Source: Eledone cirrhosa (Eukaryota). From it: a DNA stretch of 64,000 nucleotides. Of this stretch, positions 56,210-64,000 are shown piece after piece (the stretch's first letter is position 1; each line of letters starts with the position of its first letter). The notes under the pieces were generated by a model. It made no database searches. It saw nothing but the letters and a program-made list of their open reading frames with translations, and was not told the DNA's origin. The stretch is taken from NCBI GenBank assembly GCA_964016885.1, contig OZ024740.1, positions 335,172,001-335,236,000 of the forward strand, in the 5' to 3' direction. The position numbers and the translations under genes are program-made.

Positions 56210-56589
56210 ATGGAGAATTCAGATAGGGAAAGAACAGGTTGGTGAGTGTGTGTCCGTGCATGAGTTTTCTACTATGTGTAAACATATATCTCAATCTAAT
56301 ACATGGAATTGCTTTGCTATCCTGTTCATATCTCTCATGAGCTCGGACCGTTACCTCTATTCGGGGACGTTGAACGCTTCAAAGACCCAGTTTATGTATG
56401 CATATAGTTTTCACTTGAGGCAGTGAACCAAAGATATTTTTTGTTATATTATTTGAAATTATCAACTGAATAAGAAGAAAAGTAATTAGCGTTAATGAAA
56501 ATTATTCTCATAGGGAGAAAGGAAGATAACGCCTGAAATTTCAATCAATCAATTAATTACGTAGTTGAACATTAATAATAAAGGAAGCA

Positions 56590-57020
56590 ACACTAAAAGA
56601 AAAGTGGAAAGACAGAAAGAAATTGAGGAACGAAGGAAGAAAATAGTAGATGAACAAAGTAAAGAAGACAGAAAGGAGAAGTAAATGAAAAAGAAATAAT
56701 TAAAGAAAGAACGAAAGAAAGAAAATTTAAAGAATGTAAAGACAAGATAAAGAGGAAAAGAAGGGAGAAAGAATGAAAGAAATAAAGGAAGAACGAATTA
56801 AAGAAAGGGAGAAATAAATGAAAGACAAACAATGAAAGAATAAAAAAGAAAGGAAGTATGGAAAGAAAGATTATGAATAACAACAGGAAGACATCAGGAA
56901 AGATAGAAGAAAAGAAAGGTGAAATGAATGAAAAAAGAAAGAAAGAGCAAAAGAAAGAAGAAAGAAAAAAAGAAAGAAAGAAAGGAAGAGAGAACGAAAG
57001 AAAGAAAGAAAGAATGAAAG
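56590..57020. repeat. Purine-rich (GAAA-like) low-complexity tract
   Basis: Direct reading. Confidence 0.85.
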
Positions 57021-57275
57021 AACCCAAAGCCAGTGCTGCTATCGGCTGTTGGAAAAAAGACATTAGTAATATGCCTGTCTGTACGGTTTGGCTCAAGTTG
57101 TCTTTGAGATTATCTCATTAATATTCTCCTGCTACTTACTAATTGATTCCTGCTTAATTAGGCTTCATTCTTTGCGCCTTTTACTTAAAGACATATCGTA
57201 GACGTCTTTGATTAACAAATATATATATATATATATATAAATATATATATATGTATGAATTATATATATATATAA

Positions 57276-57344
<69 letters not shown>

Positions 57345-57360
57345 ATATATATATATATGC

Positions 57361-57421
<61 letters not shown>

Positions 57422-57632
57422 TAAATATATATATATATATATATGTAGATAAATCTACCAAGAGTTTACGGTAGTGTCCAATCCGTATGAAGAACTCAAT
57501 GTATTCCGGATATCATGGAAAGAAGAGATGTAATGAAAATCCACTTTTGGTGAAAGATAAACGGTATACAGAGTCAAGATAAAATATTAAACAAATAATG
57601 AATAAACAATTCCTTATATTAAACAAAAAAAG

Positions 57633-57787
57633 TTCATTATTTAACGATCGTTTCTAGGGTATATATGTGTTATAATTGGTATGCATATTCAACAGATTTA
57701 TGTACAAAATTATACAAAATTATACAAATTATCAAGATTAAATATACATATCTAACACATATATACGCCGTCTTCAGAAATAATGAA
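57633..57787 (-). ncRNA. Type I hammerhead with 116-nt extended stem II
   Basis: Minus strand TTCATTATTT-CTGAAGA-[116 nt rod]-GAAAC-GATC-GTT-AAATAATGAA; perfect 10-bp stem I, palindromic ACGATCGT stem III. Confidence 0.7.
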
Positions 57788-58049
57788 GTATATTTATTGA
57801 TAATAACAACAATTCAAAATATCAGTTCAAAATTGACCAATGAAAACACAAAGGGTTAAAAGCAGTTCGGTGTGTGTATATACATGTAAAATCCTTACAC
57901 ATATTTTACAAAAATGTGTGTATAATTTGTATACGCATACTAAAAAGATGGATGCAAACACAAAATTTCAAGGTTAATATCTCTGTAAGCTTAATGCGCT
58001 GATAAGATGCGCATTGATACTTATGGAGTCAAGCATATAAATATATTTT

Positions 58050-58606
58050 TTCATACTCACACATATCAGTATAATCACACATACATGCGCGTATATGCAT
58101 AAATATACACATAACCACGAACATACTAACACACACACTCCCCCACTCACATTTATATATGTGGATATAAAATCATAAGCACATAGAAATTAAATCACTC
58201 ACATAAAACACTGGCACACACATTTCAAGATCAAGATACAGAAATTAGGTGGGAGGGGGGGGAGGGGTCAGTATTCAATTGTCTGAGCAGACTGCCTAAT
58301 ATAAATGTATCTATAAATTAAGAAAAATAAAAAAATAAAACAATAAAATATAATAAATATAATATAATATACATACACATACAGATATATATACACATAC
58401 ATACATGTACGCGCACATAGAGATATTTACGCATACACACATACACACATACATATACAGTCATACACACACATACACTTACACGAACATACACATACAC
58501 ATATAAAAAGATATATATATACACACACACACGCGCAACACATACACACATACACATATATATAAAAAATAGATAATAAAGATATATATCCATATATATA
58601 TATATT

Positions 58607-58658
<52 letters not shown>

Positions 58659-58747
58659 TATACATATACATACACATACATCTAAATATACATACACATA
58701 CATACACACATACATGTACATACATGTACATACATATACGCACATCG

Positions 58748-58795
<48 letters not shown>

Positions 58796-59113
58796 TCACA
58801 TAGACATATAGATACATACACACACAACTTACATACACACGTATATATATATATATATAGATGTACCTTCATACATAGAATTAGATATATAATCATACAT
58901 ACATATGCACCTACTTATACTCATATATATAAATACATACGCTTCCATATATGTGTATATACATAAAAAACAATACAACCTCACCAAACTCAGACATACA
59001 AATAAAAATAATAATAAAAAGGCATATGTATATACATACACACACGCATTAATAGAGATATATATATATACACACATACATACACATATATATATATATA
59101 CACACACATATAT

Positions 59114-59166
<53 letters not shown>

Positions 59167-59294
59167 TAGACTCATACATATATATATATATATATATATA
59201 TAAACATATATATCCACACACTCATACCACCATAAATACACATACAAACACCCACATGTATATATATATATATATCTATATACACACACGTATA

Positions 59295-59330
<36 letters not shown>

Positions 59331-59632
59331 CACACACATAAAAAACAGACATGCACATATATATATATATATATATTTTATTACTCTTATATATACACAT
59401 ATTACATATACATACACAATCTCACTTATACACATATACACATAAGTTATATTATAATAATAAAGAATAATATACATATATATATATACATATACATATA
59501 TATATATATATATATATACATACATACATACACATACATACATACACATAAATATATACATACATAAATACACACATACGAATAAAGACATATATTCACA
59601 CATAGACACCTATATATATATATATATATATC

Positions 59633-59668
<36 letters not shown>

Positions 59669-60200
59669 CACATACACACACACACACACACACAGACACA
59701 CATACACACTCACATATATATATATATATATGTGTATGTGCGTGTGCGCACATACACATATATACACACACACATACAAACACACACTAACACATACATA
59801 TGCATACGTGCACACACACACACATATATCACATAGATACGAAGATAAACATATAAATAGAGAGACATACATATATATACACAACACACATACACATACA
59901 TACATACACGCATATACATATACATACATATATACACATATATATATTCCTATATATACAAGCATACACATACATACACATATATACACATACATACACA
60001 TATACATACAACACATTCACATACACATACATATATAATGCATATATATACATATATATACATACATATGTATGTACAATCATATATACACACACAATCT
60101 TACATTCATATTTGCATGCTCATATATGTATTTTTATATTTAGATATAAATACCCAAACCTATATAGACACCTACCTATATATATATTCATACATAGACG
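58050..60200. repeat. Compound TA/CA/TACA microsatellite field
   Basis: Direct reading; source of many spurious YI/HT/CV ORFs. Confidence 0.9.
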
Positions 60201-60818
60201 CTTACAAATACAGATGATAATAGTATGGGGGAAAGGGGGGGTTTGGAGAAGGGGATCAAAGTAAATATATGTTACAAGAAACATATAATATTTTCCGTAT
60301 CTTAATTCAATGTATGTTCTTACATATTTTCAGTGCTAGGAAATACGAAATCTATGCATCTCAAAATAAATAAGTATACCATTAATCATGTGTTAACTAA
60401 ACCAAAGATAGTCAACATATTGATTTCTAAGGTGTAAATTAGTTAGGTTTATAATATTTGAAGCAGAATTTTGAAGTCAAACAGTAGTAGATTATTAATT
60501 ACAGTATAACTAAATTAAAGTTAATAACGTTATGGTATCAATATTAGGAGATGAATTTAGTAATAGGGAAAAGAAACCCAAATAAAAATAAAATAAAGTA
60601 TTACATCGGTAGTAGCATATAAATTATATGTTAACTAAATTAAAAATTATATATTTATTTCAATAGTATACGTTAATTAGTATATGTTAATTAGGTATAC
60701 AATACATAAAGCAGATATTGTATTTCATCAATAGCATAATATAATTATATGCAAATAGAAATCAAAATTAATACGCATACATATACATATACATACACAT
60801 ACACATATACATACATAT

Positions 60819-60877
<59 letters not shown>

Positions 60878-61416
60878 TACATACATACAGATACACATAC
60901 ACAACACACACATATACATACACATATACATATACATATCTTTTTCAAAAAATTGCACAGAATATATTAACTAGGTATATATCCAAAACACATCCCATTC
61001 TATGATTACATGACATTCTGCAATTCGTCTGTATAAGGATACTAATTTTAAGCAAATTAAAATTAAAATTTTTAGGTTGATTAAAACTAAAACCAAATAA
61101 TAAATATATTTCCAAAATGTATATTAATTAGGTCTATAATACTAAAAATTATTTCTCCGTCATTGGATACATGATATTATTTTGTTATATTTTATCTGTA
61201 AAAGAATTATAATAAAAAAAAAATTATAATAAAAAAAGGTTTAAATAAATTAAAATTAATCTATAAATTAAATTACTAAGTATATATTAGTAATATTTAA
61301 AGGTTTTTCACAATTTATGATTACATAATATTTTCTCATCTGTAATAAAATATTAATTAAATTAAATTTATAGGTTAACTAACATTTAAATTAAATTAAT
61401 TTCTAGAATAATGTTA

Positions 61417-62398
61417 TTAATTAGGTTTATAATATTTAAATGTTTTTTTTAGTTTATGATTACAAGATATAATTAATTCCTGTCGTTTATTTAATAAGAT
61501 ATCCTTAGACTTCATTATTTCAAATAGTTCTTGGGAACATAATCTACATTCCTTTCTATTATTTTGATAAGGGGTGGCTCTTTTGAGCACACTCCAGGTC
61601 AAATCATATTTTATATTCTTATTTTTATAACTATTGATTTTTTCTGCTAGAGATGTTGTATTAGCCAGTGCGGCATTTTTAAAACTATGCTTGTGGGTAT
61701 TAAACCTTGTCTTAAAATTGTTAGAGGTAGCTCCTATATATGAGCAAATAGAATCTTTAGTTTTAACATTACATTTATAGACTATGTTGTTAACAAGACA
61801 ATTCCCTTTTAATGGGCAGTTTGTTTTGTTTCTACAGTTACATCCTTTCGTTAATTCTGTATTTGAGGAGATATTATTGTTAATTTGATGTACTGGTGGT
61901 ATACTTATGGTTTTCTTACATTTATATGCATTATATGCACTTATATTTTGTTTTATGTTATTTGTTGTAGAGTATGAGAATTTAACTGTAGACCTATTTA
62001 AGATTTGATGGTATTTGTGGTTTGGCGGGAAGTTTTTCTCAAGGATATAAAAAAATTTTTTAGCAATATTATCCTTAACTTGTAAATTAAAAGGAGCATT
62101 ATACCAAGTAACTCGTCTATTACGGTTTCTATGTTGTTTATTATTTTTATTATTTTTATAGGTTGTATCATGATTTTTACTAGGAGGATTAATGTTAATG
62201 ATCTCACCACAACTATTTTTAGTTATATTTGTAGATTTAGGTGTTTTATCTTTTTTATTAGGAGTTTTATTATTAATATTTATTATAGTTGTATGATGAG
62301 TAGTTTTTTGAGGGTTACTATACTTTATATTAGGGTTACTATACTTTATATTAGGGTTACTATACTTTATATTAGGGTTACTATACTTTATATTAGAA
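61417..62398 (-). CDS. PLE linker + GIY-YIG endonuclease (inverted 3' copy)
   Basis: TWYNAPFN..NIAKKF..KNFP..HKY..ILNRSTVKFSYS, CNCRNKTNCPLKGNCL, NIVYKC..YIGATSNNFKTRFNTH, CRLCSQE, LNKRQE..CNH. Confidence 0.9.
62311..62394. repeat. Four tandem copies of a 21-nt unit at the PLE inversion junction
   Basis: AGGGTTACTATACTTTATATT at 62311, 62332, 62353, 62374; single copy in the forward element near 63750-63770. Confidence 0.92.
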
Positions 62399-64000
62399 TA
62401 CTTACAAGAATCCACCACACAACTTTTTACTTGAAGACTTCGAGAAAGACCTTTTTAATTTAATTAAACACCTCAAATTTAAAAAGTATAAATCCGTCTT
62501 TCAAAAGGACCTTGATTCTACCCTATTGGACCTAAAAAAGTCTAAAAAAATCCATGTCCACTCGGACAAAACTGGTAACTTGTATCATATGGATATTGAA
62601 CATTATAATGAGTTCATATATAAAGAACTCAGAAAAAATTATAAAAAATCTAATAATGTGTCACTCACCAACATCAACAACAAAACACACAACATAGTAA
62701 AAAAACTAAACATTGAAGATAGAACTGAACCTTTGGCATTGAAAAGACCACACTTCAACCTGAAAGATCACAAATCTAACTTTAACTCTAATCCTTCTAT
62801 TAGACTTATATGTCCCTCCAAATCAGATATTGGAATAATTAGCAAAAAAATTTTAGATAGAGTCATCCCACAAATAAGAAAACACGTTATTTTACCACTC
62901 TGGGAAAACACCTCCCAGGTAATTAACTGGTTTAAAAATATTAGGTGTAAATCTTCTGCTTCTTTCCTACAATTTGATATAGATAATTACTATTCTTCTA
63001 TATCACCTATACTCCTGAACAAAGCATTAATATTTGCTAAAAATAGATCTAATTTAACTTCGGATGACATTAACATTATTACACATGCTAGACTAACACT
63101 TATTGAATTTCAGAATGAATACTGGACCAGAAACACATACAGTAATCTTTTTGATATTACTATGGGTTCAAGCGATTCCGCCCAAATTACTGATCTTGTG
63201 GGCCTCTTTCTCCTTTTCAACATAAATGCCTCTTTTCCCCACCTCAAAGGTGGTTTATATCGTGATGACTGTCTTCTTCTTTCTAACAACCTTAGCCTTT
63301 CAGAAATCGAAAAAAACAAAAAACATATTAGAACTTTCCTTAAAGACTATTATAATCTTAATATTACTTTTGAAAAAACAAGTAAAGTAGTAAATTTCCT
63401 AGATATAACTTTAGATTTAGCTACGGGTATATACCAACCTTACCATAAACCTAACCAAAACTTACATTACATACACTCACAATCTAATCACCCTAAATCT
63501 ATCCTTAAAAACCTTGCATATAATATATCACTTAGAATTTCTAACCTTTCTTCTAACCAAGATGTATTTGATAAAAATGCGACCTTTTATAATGAAGCTC
63601 TAGATAGAAGTGGCCACAAAAATAGATTAGAGTATATACCTTCTACTAAAAATACTGAAAGCATACAGCATAATATTACCAACAAACACCAAATGAAAAG
63701 TACACACCTAAATGCCACCCACAATATACCCCAAAATACTAAATCTTCTAATATAAAGTATAGTAACCCTCAAAAAACTACTCATCATACAACTATAATA
63801 AATATTAATAATAAAACTCCTAATAAAAAAGATAAAACACCTAAATCTACAAATATAACTAAAAATAGTTGTGGTGAGATCATTAACATTAATCCTCCTA
63901 GTAAAAATCATGATACAACCTATAAAAATAATAAAAATAATAAACAACATAGAAACCGTAATAGACGAGTTACTTGGTATAATGCTCCTTTTAATTTACA
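62397..64000 (+). CDS. PLE reverse transcriptase, open to window end (not in the ORF track because it has no stop within the window)
   Basis: Manual translation: SDKTGNLY, LKDHKSNFNSNPSIRLICPSKSDIG, FLQFDIDNYYSSI, FDITMGSSDSAQITDLVG, GGLYRDDCL, VNFLDITLDL, YHKPN..YIHSQSNHP; no stop seen in ~530 codons. Confidence 0.92.

Larger units (their letters stand above)
57446..64000. mobile_element. Penelope-like element (Nematis-like): inverted 3' copy (minus, ~57446-62398) joined to a forward RT copy (62397 to beyond window end)
   Basis: ~62085-62331 is the reverse complement of ~63750-64000; RT on plus, GIY-YIG on minus, HHR at 57633-57787 downstream of the minus ORF. Left boundary inferred from the (TA)n flank. 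Confidence 0.82.

Noticed and set aside
56593-57121. 167-aa hydrophobic minus ORF and 87-aa K/E-rich plus ORF
   Set aside because: Products of a purine-rich low-complexity tract.

Overview
Eukaryotic, very AT-rich, microsatellite-dense genomic DNA, most likely Octopus (coleoid cephalopod), judged from the characteristic tRNA-derived SINE families. The only host gene seen is the 5' part of a large AMPA-type ionotropic glutamate receptor gene on the minus strand. It has a candidate signal-peptide exon at 47335-47443 and amino-terminal-domain exons at 27752-27892 and 5871-6111; the last carries an apparent frameshift. The rest is intron/intergenic DNA filled with retroelements: a degraded R4/Dong LINE in (TACA)n, RTE-type LINE remnants, many SINEs, small MITEs, and two families of Penelope-like elements (PLE; RT + GIY-YIG). 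The most striking signal is a set of type I hammerhead ribozyme (HHR) carriers. These include a near-perfect 310-bp retrozyme-like tandem array (52843-55344; 8 HHRs in two divergent blocks), a 254-bp palindrome with an HHR on each strand, and an HHR with a 116-nt stem II. The array, the palindrome and both PLEs share an inverted, (TA)n-anchored integration architecture. Nearly all listed short ORFs are microsatellite artefacts.
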